Assembly (NCBI RefSeq): GCF_904830955.1
Contig: NZ_LR882970.1
Source: Planktothrix tepida
Lineage (GTDB): Bacteria; Cyanobacteriota; Cyanobacteriia; Cyanobacteriales; Microcoleaceae
DNA: 64,000 nt
Reading direction: 5' to 3' (one strand)
The position numbers and the translations under genes were made by a program. The notes beneath the pieces are model-generated. The model had not been told where the DNA came from, did no database searches, and saw only the letters and a program-made list of their open reading frames with translations. Of the stretch, positions 20,534 through 29,473 are shown piece after piece; positions within the stretch are counted from its first letter, which is position 1; each line of letters opens with the position of its first letter.

Positions 20534-21700
20534 TTGGTTTGCCATGTCCTCGCTCCCATAAGGGATGTGTCTCCGCTAAGAGGTTTTATGAGTCCTTCTC
20601 CCAATCGCTCCTCTCAATCTAAACGTTCTTCCCGCTCAAGTCCAGTTAATGAGCCAGCCGTGAATATGTCTAAAGATATCCATTTGGATGCACCTCATGA
20701 GAGTGAACGTGTCATCCCCGAACCGTTAAAAGAAACACCACCAGAACCAGAAAGTGCTGATCCAACACCCCAAGAGGGTGCATTGGATCAGCCTGAAATG
20801 ATGGAATCCGAAGAAGAAGCAGAGGAGGAATCTTCTGAATTTTCTGAATCTCCCGAATCTGTAGAGCGTCTCTGGCAACATCCAATTCCGCCCCCTAGCG
20901 AAGCTCGCCAGTATCGGGCTATTGGATTAGTTCATGGCCGATATATTGCTTCTGCGGATCAGTTTACCCAAGGAACTTTACTCACCAGTGAAGGAAAACT
21001 TCTGGATGCAGTGTTATTAGGTCGAGTCATGAGTTTAGTGAAAAAACATATTGACTTAGATCAAGATCATCTTTGGGTGGTATATCCTCGGACACGTCAA
21101 CAAGAAGGAAATTTACACGTTCAAATTATGGGGGTTTGGGAACCTGAAACCCTCCGATCTGATGAATCTGAAATTTCCGATGAATCTTCACCCGAAATAA
21201 AAGATTCTGCATCGGTTTCTGAGGAATCAAAGTTAGTAGAATCTGGGAATAAAATTGAAGCCTTACCGGACGTTCAACAGGGCTATTTTTCCATTCGAGG
21301 TGAGGTTGTTTATCAATCTCAAGAAGTTGAGAAATATGTCATTGTTAAAATTCGCCAAGCTCCTCGTAAAGATAATGATAAACCCAAGTTTTTCAAACTC
21401 AAACTGATGGGAATTGCGGGAATGAGAGCCGTCGGTCATTTCTGGGATTTACACGTTCAGTTACAGGAAGATTATTTGGTCATCCAAGAAAGTCATGATA
21501 TCGGCTTTCTTCCTACTAAAAAGCGCAAACCTCCCTTTCAAAAAGGTGGCCCCAGAAGACAACCGGGTCAGGGTTACTCTAATCCGGGTTCTCGTCCTCC
21601 TTATAAGCCTAAATTCCAATCGGATGCGCCTCCGCCTCCTCCCCGTCGAGAACCCCTTGCTAAACCGTTAAAACGGAAAGCTGCATCAGAAGAAAGTTAA
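20534..21700 (+). CDS. Hypothetical protein: acidic/Ser-Pro-rich N-terminus, internally duplicated core, Pro-rich C-terminus. The true start is probably an internal Met (about 20588 or 20666).
   Basis: ORF; two similar halves (…LLDAVLLGRVMSL…LWVVYPRT… / …KLKLMGIAGMRAVGHFWDLHVQLQEDYLVI…). Confidence 0.4.
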   Translation: MVCHVLAPIRDVSPLRGFMSPSPNRSSQSKRSSRSSPVNEPAVNMSKDIHLDAPHESERVIPEPLKETPPEPESADPTPQEGALDQPEMMESEEEAEEESSEFSESPESVERLWQHPIPPPSEARQYRAIGLVHGRYIASADQFTQGTLLTSEGKLLDAVLLGRVMSLVKKHIDLDQDHLWVVYPRTRQQEGNLHVQIMGVWEPETLRSDESEISDESSPEIKDSASVSEESKLVESGNKIEALPDVQQGYFSIRGEVVYQSQEVEKYVIVKIRQAPRKDNDKPKFFKLKLMGIAGMRAVGHFWDLHVQLQEDYLVIQESHDIGFLPTKKRKPPFQKGGPRRQPGQGYSNPGSRPPYKPKFQSDAPPPPPRREPLAKPLKRKAASEES

Positions 21701-21890
21701 AGCTATTAGCCGTTTTTTTAACAATTAATATTAATTGAAATTCCCCAGAGCTAAAAGCTAGGGGAGTTTCAATTAAACCAACAGAGCAGTGAAAATGTTG
21801 TTTCCAGGTTAAATATTCTGACTCAATATTATCCTAAGTTTAAGGGTATGGATACAGAGCAAGAAACTGATTACATCCTTCAAGATTTGC

Positions 21891-23324
21891 TCAATCTTGA
21901 GACCGCTTTTTCACATATTCTTTAATCACAGGTTGAAGGGTGAAGCCAAATGCTTCCCTGTCTATAGCTTTTTCAATTAAACCGCGTTTCCTCAAAGACT
22001 GTACGGCTTTCAAAAATTCTGAGTCCGACAAAAATTCTGCGGGTTTACTGCAAATATCTGCTGCTGTCTCTTGGTTAGCTAACCATACCATGACCAATTT
22101 TTCTGACTCTGATAACCTTTGATAATGTTCCTGTAATATTGTTTCTAAGTCTCCTAAAAACAGAGTAGAATAAGATAGAAATTGAGCAACGCTACCATTA
22201 AATAAATCGAGTATCGTTAAAGCAATAATGTTTAACCAGGAAGGGTTTCCGCCATAAAGATTAATCAGTTTTAACCATTGATCTTGATCATTTAATCCTC
22301 TCGCCTTCAAGAGTTGTTCTCCTGACTCTCCTAAACCTTGAAGTTCTAAACTTCGACAATGGGAGTTTTCAGCTTCTAAGGTAGCAATTTCTATGGGTTT
22401 TTCCCAACTCAGGAGTAGCAAGCAACTGTTATGTGACGATCGCCCAATTTGCTTTAATAATTTACCATAATTTTTGTATTCTGGGAAATAACTACCGACT
22501 AATTCCCCACTGGTTAATGTTTCTTGAAAATCATCAAGGATAATCAAACAACGATGCGATCGCAAAGAGTCAATAATTGATAATTGTTGAGTTTCTTGCT
22601 GTCGGAAAAGAAACTCAATTAAGTTAGTTTTTAGGGATTTTAGACTAGAAAATTGACTATGACTTCGCCAGATTACCCGATCAAAGTCCTCTTTTATGTG
22701 TTCAACCAGTTGGGTAGCGAGGGCTGTTTTACCAATACCAGATAATCCAAAAATAGTGATGATACGACTATTTTCCGTCAGTATCCATTGTTTCAAGGTG
22801 TTTAATTCTTGGGTGCGGTTGCAAAATATTTCGCATTCTGAGACTTCGGTTATATCGTGGTATTTTTCGGGTTCATTGTTGTCTGAGTTAACGGGGGAAG
22901 GTGATCGGTTTTTTGTGGTTTCTTGAGAATGCGGATTTTCTCCACAGACTGTAATGCTACTTCCAAAAGATTGACTCTGTACAACAAAATTACCCACTTG
23001 GGAATTAGAAATATTATACCGTTCCATCGTGGCGCGGAAGTTTGATTTATTAACTTTTTCGCCTAATTCTTTTGATATTATTTCCCATAAATTGCTTGCA
23101 ACTCTCTTGACATTCGCTTCACTACAGTGATAGCGTTCAGCAATTTCTCCATATTTTTGATTATGCCAAACCCCTATTAACACAGCTTGTTGTAGACTAT
23201 TTAAGTGTGTTCCTGTTTTGATAAACATCAACTCATCGGCCCACTTCAGGATTGTTTGAACATCCATAGGCGATACAAATATTATTTTGTCAGAAATCAT
23301 ACTACTTTTTTCATCCTTTTGCAA
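21891..23324 (-). CDS. STAND-class NTPase: N-terminal HTH-like domain + NB-ARC/AAA P-loop domain, with no C-terminal repeat sensor
   Basis: Walker A GLSGIGKTALATQL; Walker B IILDDFQE. The N-terminal 90 aa resembles a sigma70-region-4-like HTH (QQAVLIGVWHNQKYGEIAERYHCSEANVKRVASNLWEII). Only 477 aa. Confidence 0.6.
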   Translation of the reverse strand: MQKDEKSSMISDKIIFVSPMDVQTILKWADELMFIKTGTHLNSLQQAVLIGVWHNQKYGEIAERYHCSEANVKRVASNLWEIISKELGEKVNKSNFRATMERYNISNSQVGNFVVQSQSFGSSITVCGENPHSQETTKNRSPSPVNSDNNEPEKYHDITEVSECEIFCNRTQELNTLKQWILTENSRIITIFGLSGIGKTALATQLVEHIKEDFDRVIWRSHSQFSSLKSLKTNLIEFLFRQQETQQLSIIDSLRSHRCLIILDDFQETLTSGELVGSYFPEYKNYGKLLKQIGRSSHNSCLLLLSWEKPIEIATLEAENSHCRSLELQGLGESGEQLLKARGLNDQDQWLKLINLYGGNPSWLNIIALTILDLFNGSVAQFLSYSTLFLGDLETILQEHYQRLSESEKLVMVWLANQETAADICSKPAEFLSDSEFLKAVQSLRKRGLIEKAIDREAFGFTLQPVIKEYVKKRSQD

Positions 23325-23565
23325 CTTTTTTTAACTAAACTCTACTTTTTAAACCAATGACTACTCAAAAAGGTCTGTCAAAATCTATCCAAACTTAGAC
23401 TTTTTATGACTTTACAAATTCCTGAGAATGCTTATTATGAAAAAGAGAGATAAAAATTAAATAAACTAGCTTTCAAGAGAGCTAGATTTGTAGTCCAATA
23501 TGAAATGACTGCTTGATTTTCAAGGGTATATTCATAGAAATTCGTTTAATCTTAGGAGAAAAGTC

Positions 23566-23760
23566 ATGAACCCAGACAAAACAGTTGAAAACATGGAACA
23601 GAAATTTAGCGCCCTCAGTGCTGAAGATTTGGAAAATTTGGAAGTTGAAGAACTTGAACAGCGTCTTGAGTTAGCAGCTATTGATTATACTGCAACTATT
23701 ATCACCTTTGCGGCGATCAAAACCCCTGATTGTAGGACACTAGGCGTTTGGTTTTGTTAG
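23566..23760 (+). CDS. Small precursor-like peptide (64 aa): acidic amphipathic leader-like N-terminus and hydrophobic Thr/Cys/Trp-containing C-terminus (…IDYTATIITFAAIKTPDCRTLGVWFC)
   Basis: Good SD (AGGAG 7 nt upstream of the ATG). Followed by a hairpin + U-tract. Immediately upstream of two putative processing-enzyme genes. Confidence 0.5.
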   Translation: MNPDKTVENMEQKFSALSAEDLENLEVEELEQRLELAAIDYTATIITFAAIKTPDCRTLGVWFC

Positions 23761-23783
23761 GATATAAATCTAATTTCACCTGA

Positions 23784-23846
23784 TAAATGCAGAATTCGTA
23801 CAGGCTTTTACACTGTAAAATCTGCATTTATTTTTGTTCATTTTTG
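23784..23846 (+). terminator. Putative attenuator/terminator between the peptide gene and the downstream enzyme genes
   Basis: taaatgcaga (23784-23793) pairs with tctgcattta (23821-23830), followed by tttttgttcatttttg. Confidence 0.35.
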
Positions 23847-23871
23847 ATATTTATTTATTCGATTTAAAATC

Positions 23872-24837
23872 ATGAATAATTTTAACTTTACAGAGAATCA
23901 TAATAACAACACAGATTTGATTGCGAAAGCAAACTTGCTACAAGCTCAAGAAACTATCGAAAATGTCGATAAAATTATTTGTGGTTTAGGTAACCAATGG
24001 CCTAATGATATAGAATTCCCAATAAACTTTGTTTTTTTAGAAAGATTTGGGCCTCTATTATTTTTAGATGTTTTTCCATCACTGACCCTAGAAACAATTC
24101 GCCCCATTATGGTTGCTGAAAAACTTTTAGGAACATCCTTGGTTATGTGTGATTGGATTACAGATCGTACAAACGATGCTTTTCTAGCCACTAAATACGG
24201 CTTGAGCATTCAAGCAATGCAGTTAGAAGGTTATCATATTTTATACTCTATTTTTCCTCCAAATTCAAAATTTTGGCAACGTTTTCGCAACTATTACCAA
24301 GAATATATGGATGCCTGCATTAAAGAACAAAAATTCGCTTCAGGCGAGTTACCCTTCTCTGAATATACCGAAGAATTAGCAATTGAAATCACGGCTAATA
24401 AATCAGCACCTATTAAAAGTAATATTGCTGCTTTAGTAGAATTGTCAGGGGATGAGAGTCTTTTTGAACCTTTGACTGCTGCTGTTAAACAGTATCTAAT
24501 TGCTCGTCAAATCTGGGACGATATTCAAGACTGGAAAGAAGATTTACAGTTTGGTATTCCTTCTTTATTACTGTCGCGTATTATTCAGGAATGGCCGATT
24601 AAACCTGATGAAATTAACCTAAAAAACTTAACTAAAAAAATGTACTATGGCGGACATATAAACTATGTAATCGAAATCGCTTGTCAAAGTCTTGAACTCG
24701 CTAAAGAACTAACAAAAGATATTCCCGAACTGGCTTGGCGAAGTGTAGCAATTTCAGCTTTAGAGAGTAATTTTAAATCACTATCTCAGGATATCGAAAA
24801 AATCTGTAATAAAAATCTTGAATCATTGCAAAAGTAG
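23872..24837 (+). CDS. All-alpha enzyme with a single isoprenoid-synthase-type aspartate-rich motif (IARQIWDDIQDWKED, like the FQxxDDxxD SARM / DDxxDxxxE of trans-prenyltransferases and terpene synthases). Candidate ComQ-like peptide isoprenyltransferase; function unproven.
   Basis: Motif read directly. 321 aa, about the size of Bacillus ComQ. Low-GC codon usage. No SD. Confidence 0.3.
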   Translation: MNNFNFTENHNNNTDLIAKANLLQAQETIENVDKIICGLGNQWPNDIEFPINFVFLERFGPLLFLDVFPSLTLETIRPIMVAEKLLGTSLVMCDWITDRTNDAFLATKYGLSIQAMQLEGYHILYSIFPPNSKFWQRFRNYYQEYMDACIKEQKFASGELPFSEYTEELAIEITANKSAPIKSNIAALVELSGDESLFEPLTAAVKQYLIARQIWDDIQDWKEDLQFGIPSLLLSRIIQEWPIKPDEINLKNLTKKMYYGGHINYVIEIACQSLELAKELTKDIPELAWRSVAISALESNFKSLSQDIEKICNKNLESLQK

Positions 24838-24856
24838 ACTATTCAAAACAACATAA

Positions 24857-26056
24857 ATGCACAAAAAATATAGCTTGCAAGAACTTCAAAAAAGACTGGT
24901 GGTGGAAACATCAGAAAATCGACCTGTTTATTTATTATTAGTGGGTAATCCCCCCAAATATATCCGATTATCTGTTTTTGCCTATGAACTCCTCTACGAA
25001 AATAGCTTAGGTAAATCCTTTGAAGAAATTTCTGAAATAGTCCGGCAAAAAACAGGGAAAAATCTATCACCCTCTGAGGTAGAGGCAGCTTATCAAAAAG
25101 TCATCTCTGACCTGAGCGAAATCGAAGAAAATAAAAAAAACCAGCTTTCAGGTTTTTTACTGCGCCTGCCACTTATCCCCCAAAAAATTGTTAATAAGAT
25201 TGCATCTTATCTTTCAGTTGCCTATTATCAACCCGTAGCGATTTTACTTTTAACTATTATTATTGTAGCTACAGGATTTGCCCCGCGAAATGATTTATTT
25301 TTAAGATTGGCAAAAGAAGACTTAATTTGGGGATACTTTTTCTTTTTCATTTCTCTGCTATTCCACGAGTTAGGTCATGCTAGTGCTTGCGTTTATTATG
25401 GGGCAGAACCTAGTAATATTGGTTTAACAATTTACTTCATATTTCCAGCCTTTTATAGCGATGTCACCGATGCTTGGAGATTGAAACGTTGGCAGCGCGT
25501 CATCATTGATTTTGGAGGAGTATTTTTTCAACTAATTGTTGGTGCAATTTATATAATTTTTTACAAATTTACGGAATGGGCTGCCCTTAAAATAGCTATT
25601 TTAGCGATCGCTTCCAGTTGTATTTTATATCTAAACCCAGTCTTTAAATTTGATGGTTACTGGGCTTTATCAGACGCTTTAGGTGTGACCAATCTCAGTC
25701 GAGAACCCGGACGCATTTTCCGTCACATATTTAGTCAAATCAACAACCCATCAAACAAGCGTTTACCCTGGTCTCCACTAATGATGTCTTTTCTGGCAAT
25801 CTACACAGTTACTAGCTTTAGCATTATAGGATATTTTATCTGGCTAGTTTTCCCAATTTTATGGCGACAACTTCTGGGCTATCCTCTTGTAATAACTACC
25901 TTCATCGAGAAATTATTCACTTCCCCTAACCAACTGGGTTTTGAGCAAATTACATCTTTTCTGACTTCTACATTGATGGTCGGTATCCTCTTGTTAATAG
26001 GTTGGAAATTCATCCAATTTTTATTGACGGCTATGAGAAGATTATTGAAGAAATGA
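24857..26056 (+). CDS. Intramembrane zinc metalloprotease, M50 (site-2-protease-like), with ~110-aa cytoplasmic N-terminal extension
   Basis: HExxH inside a TM helix (LFHELGHASACV) and downstream NPxxxxDG (YLNPVFKFDGYWA), the two hallmark S2P motifs. Multiple TM helices. Confidence 0.55.
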   Translation: MHKKYSLQELQKRLVVETSENRPVYLLLVGNPPKYIRLSVFAYELLYENSLGKSFEEISEIVRQKTGKNLSPSEVEAAYQKVISDLSEIEENKKNQLSGFLLRLPLIPQKIVNKIASYLSVAYYQPVAILLLTIIIVATGFAPRNDLFLRLAKEDLIWGYFFFFISLLFHELGHASACVYYGAEPSNIGLTIYFIFPAFYSDVTDAWRLKRWQRVIIDFGGVFFQLIVGAIYIIFYKFTEWAALKIAILAIASSCILYLNPVFKFDGYWALSDALGVTNLSREPGRIFRHIFSQINNPSNKRLPWSPLMMSFLAIYTVTSFSIIGYFIWLVFPILWRQLLGYPLVITTFIEKLFTSPNQLGFEQITSFLTSTLMVGILLLIGWKFIQFLLTAMRRLLKK

Positions 26057-26226
26057 CTGTACATCCCTCTTTTGTCACTAAGAGGAATTTGGAGAAAGTT
26101 ACGTCATTTCAGGCTACGGAAAATCAAGGTTTTCCCTTAAAGTGACAAAAGAGAGGTACATCAAAAACCGGAAGGGTTAGTAGCAAACTTCTGAGAATTA
26201 GGGTAACTATAACCTTTCTTTTGATT

Positions 26227-27336
26227 TTAACGGGATTCATTATTCAAACCCATCTGTTTTAATCGAGTTTCAATAAACTTTTTCCCTTGTTTTTCCCCAT
26301 CTTGAATCAAGCGATTAATCATTTCTGGAGAGCGATCTAATTTACTTTCATAATTCAATAGTTTGGCTAAATCTTCAGACATTTCAATCATCGGAATATG
26401 GTAATCTTGGTCAGGATCATCAGGAAAAGATTTAGGAATTTTCATCGGTTCTTTCACATCAATTTTAGCGAGAAATTCCTCGTTAAATGCCCCCCTTAAA
26501 AAGAGATTATTGAGATTTTCGATTTCACCAAGGCTTTGAAATAAAGAGAGGTTTCCCTCTAATTCATTACGACGATCAGCAATATCATCGGCCTCTGTGG
26601 GAATCTTATCCCTAGTTGTGGGATTGATTTTAATCACCCAAATTTCTTGGGGAAGATTAGCAATTCCCACAAAATTGCTTTTAATCAAAGAATCAATCGG
26701 TGGATTATCGGAAAAAAGTCCGTCCCAATAAGCCATTTCTTCAATAGAAACAGCCGGGAAAAGGTTCGGTATGCAAGCAGAAGCCAAGATATGTTCGAGT
26801 TTAATAGCTTCGCGATAGGAGTTGAATTTATGTAATCTCCCTGTGAGGATATTACAAGCGCCGATCAGTAAAATTGGGGGTTCGGGTTGCATACCCCAAG
26901 TCGCTAATTCTGAGAAATCAATATGAGATCCTAGTAATTCTTCAAAATCAGTAAATCGACGGCGTAAACCTTGGGTCGCAAAGGAAAACCAAGCTTTAAC
27001 AATCGGTGAATAAGGACTTAAATTGTACTGAGGAATTTTCCCTTTGCTGACCCATTCCAGAGTTTTAATTGCAGAATCGTTGAAAAACTTTTCTTGAGCG
27101 GTTTGGGCTGTATTATCTTCCCAAAAGTCGATCAGTCGTTTCCAAACAATATCATCTCCTTTTTTCAGGGCGTACCAAATCAGAAATGCACAGATCGCGC
27201 CTCCAGAAGTTCCACTTAAGCTGACAATATTAAAATAATCCTGAATCTTGTTTTCAAATAGGGCTTTAAAGACACCCGCCGTGAAAGCGGTTTGGCTTCC
27301 TCCTCCCTGACAAGCGATCGCAATTTTAGGCTTCAT
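26227..27336 (-). CDS. Patatin-like phospholipase
   Basis: Gly-rich oxyanion loop (ACQGGGSQTAFTAGV), GxSxG nucleophile elbow (LSGTSGGA) and the downstream Asp motif region. Confidence 0.7.
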   Translation of the reverse strand: MKPKIAIACQGGGSQTAFTAGVFKALFENKIQDYFNIVSLSGTSGGAICAFLIWYALKKGDDIVWKRLIDFWEDNTAQTAQEKFFNDSAIKTLEWVSKGKIPQYNLSPYSPIVKAWFSFATQGLRRRFTDFEELLGSHIDFSELATWGMQPEPPILLIGACNILTGRLHKFNSYREAIKLEHILASACIPNLFPAVSIEEMAYWDGLFSDNPPIDSLIKSNFVGIANLPQEIWVIKINPTTRDKIPTEADDIADRRNELEGNLSLFQSLGEIENLNNLFLRGAFNEEFLAKIDVKEPMKIPKSFPDDPDQDYHIPMIEMSEDLAKLLNYESKLDRSPEMINRLIQDGEKQGKKFIETRLKQMGLNNESR

Positions 27337-27421
27337 ATAGAATCTATTCTAAAGGTTTTCGGACTAATGGGTGCAAGGCTGGATCAGTTTAACACGATCA
27401 AAACAAGTATATCTTAATGAA

Positions 27422-27715
27422 CTACGCACATCCGCTATCGCGCTCGATGTGCGTTTCTGACGCTTCAACTGAGAAACTTGCTTGAAGCTTCCGCACTCCT
27501 GTAGAGGTATTCTCATCTGCATCTGAAGAGGCACGTTCCATACCCCTTGCATAATTAAGCATCACCATTGCTGCGGCAACATCTCTATCACAATGAAACC
27601 CGCAATTAACACAATGATGTTCTCTTTCTGCTAATGTTTTCTTCTTCTGATGACCGCAATTTGGGCAAGTTTGTGAAGGTTTAACTTTTTGAGTGGGAAC
27701 CTCAACTTGTCCCAT
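27422..27715 (-). pseudogene. tnpB: Relic of an IS200/IS605-family tnpB: only the C-terminal Zn-ribbon/RuvC-III part remains (about 97 aa of an expected ~400 aa)
   Basis: TSQTCPNCGHQKKKTLAEREHHCVNCGFHCDRDVAAAMVMLNYARG matches the TnpB OrfB_Zn_ribbon terminus. No upstream ORF continues the protein. Confidence 0.6.
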
Positions 27716-27895
27716 CCCATAAACCTATTTGATCCTTGCTCAACCATTTCTTTAATTTCTACAAGATTAGCGATCGCAATTTAACAAAAACTTAACTTAA
27801 AATCTTGTTTAATGCTAAATTGCTTAAATTGTTAAACCTTAATTTAATTCATCTTTGGATTATTGTTAAGATATTCTAATCATTTTTCTCAAATT

Positions 27896-28066
27896 CTTTT
27901 GTTTTTTAAAAGATTGTCAGGAAATCTTGATACATTATTGAAAATTACTTGCAAATAGTTGACGGCAGCATGGGGGTTCTGGTATATTTAGAAAATACCG
28001 CTCAAGGGGTTATTGTGTCTATTTGCCAAAATAGAGGCTAGAACTACTATTCTTTCGTAAAATATC
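27896..28066 (+). repeat. Copy A of a ~170-bp repeated element containing a sigma70-like promoter (TTGACG 27959-27964, N17, TATATT 27983-27988) reading toward + (antisense to the DUF39 gene)
   Basis: Manual alignment with the reverse complement of 49418-49590, about 80% identity over the whole length. Confidence 0.75.
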
Positions 28067-28237
28067 TGGATTTCCTGACTCAATTTCTGCCTTACGAGCT
28101 ATCAATTTTGGGGGTAAATCCTTAAAGGACTAAGAGGGGTATTGACAAAGTTGCCAATTTATGCAATTAGACAGGAAGGGAAGAGGTGATTTTAAAATAA
28201 CTGGGTGTTTCCGTCTCTAACTCTAATTAAGTCAGAC

Positions 28238-29413
28238 TTAATCTAAACTAATTTGAGAACCCCAAATATTTTGAGGAAGAAATGATCGATCTAAGGGAAT
28301 AGAAGCAACGGGTTCTGTGAGGGTAAAGGTTCCTGATTCAATCCATTTTTTTAACTCTTGGGCAATTTCACGAGAACGGGAAATACTCGCTACAGGTGCA
28401 GTTCTGACCATTTTTCCCTCAATAGAAATTTTGCCTTTTTTCAGTTGACTATAGGAAACTAAACCAAAGGTGGGACGAACCCGTCGAGGGATGGCAAAAT
28501 CCACTACGGGTGCAACAATATCTTGATCAGAAACTGCACAACGAGCAATCACATCTTCATTCAAAACGGGTAAAGGAATCCCCACACCTAACATTAATGA
28601 AGGGCCATAATTTTTAAAATAGCAACCCCTAACCCAATAAGGATTCATTTGTTTTGCATCTCCAATTAACGCTAACGTTGCAGCAGGGCCGATGGGGGTG
28701 CGATTGTCTAGGCGTTTTTGCAGGGGAAAATGTTGGGTTCCTTCCCAAGTAATATAGCCAATTCCGCCTCCTAAAAAAATCCGAGTCCCAATTCCAATTA
28801 CTTGTAAATCAGGATCATTAATTAAGGGAGAAATTGCACCCGGATTAGAATAAACTGCATTTCCTAAATAGGGTTGGAGGGGGCCTAAATAAGTATAAAG
28901 GGGGCGATCGCCACCATTAACTCCGACAATAAAATTTTGATAGAGATTGCGAGGATTGAATAAATAAAATTGGTTAATGGTATCACGGGTAATTGTAGTT
29001 TCAAAAGAACTCCGGGGATAACAATCAGAAACCACTCCTGATGCTCTGAGATGCACCGATTTTCCCGCAATTAAATCTTCAATCACATGACCCCCCCCTT
29101 GTTCATTGCCCTCTTCCCCATCTTCCATCATTTGACTCGCGCCCAGATATAAATCAACGGAACCAAATCCACTATAGGCAAGAACCCCATTTAACCAACA
29201 GGTTTTAATATTAATCGGGGGATCGGTATGACCTAAATTAATCACCGCCCCAGAGGCTTCCATCGGTTCAAAAGTTCCTGTGGTAATGACATCAACTTCT
29301 TGAGCAATTTGGGGAATAGTATCGGGGGTGACTTTGGCTTTCAATTCCTCCACAGTCCAAACAACAGCACGATTCTGAAGAATTTTATCGTTAATTTCAG
29401 CAATAGTTTTCAT
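28238..29413 (-). CDS. DUF39/COG1900-family protein (homologous to the methanogen homocysteine-biosynthesis protein)
   Basis: 391 aa; overall resemblance to the DUF39 family. Recalled from memory, not verified. Confidence 0.4.
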   Translation of the reverse strand: MKTIAEINDKILQNRAVVWTVEELKAKVTPDTIPQIAQEVDVITTGTFEPMEASGAVINLGHTDPPINIKTCWLNGVLAYSGFGSVDLYLGASQMMEDGEEGNEQGGGHVIEDLIAGKSVHLRASGVVSDCYPRSSFETTITRDTINQFYLFNPRNLYQNFIVGVNGGDRPLYTYLGPLQPYLGNAVYSNPGAISPLINDPDLQVIGIGTRIFLGGGIGYITWEGTQHFPLQKRLDNRTPIGPAATLALIGDAKQMNPYWVRGCYFKNYGPSLMLGVGIPLPVLNEDVIARCAVSDQDIVAPVVDFAIPRRVRPTFGLVSYSQLKKGKISIEGKMVRTAPVASISRSREIAQELKKWIESGTFTLTEPVASIPLDRSFLPQNIWGSQISLD

Positions 29414-29473
29414 TAAATTTTGACACCCCTTTAATTCTATTGTTTATGTTTCGTCGTTTTCAATTGTCGGAAA

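Noticed and set aside
27364-27552. ORF 27364-27552(-) overlapping the tnpB relic
   Set aside because: Alternative frame of the tnpB fragment; no features.
28238-29413. Considered a SAM riboswitch upstream of the DUF39 (homocysteine-pathway-like) gene
   Set aside because: Only ~60 nt separate it from the upstream AI-2E gene stop, too short for a riboswitch aptamer.
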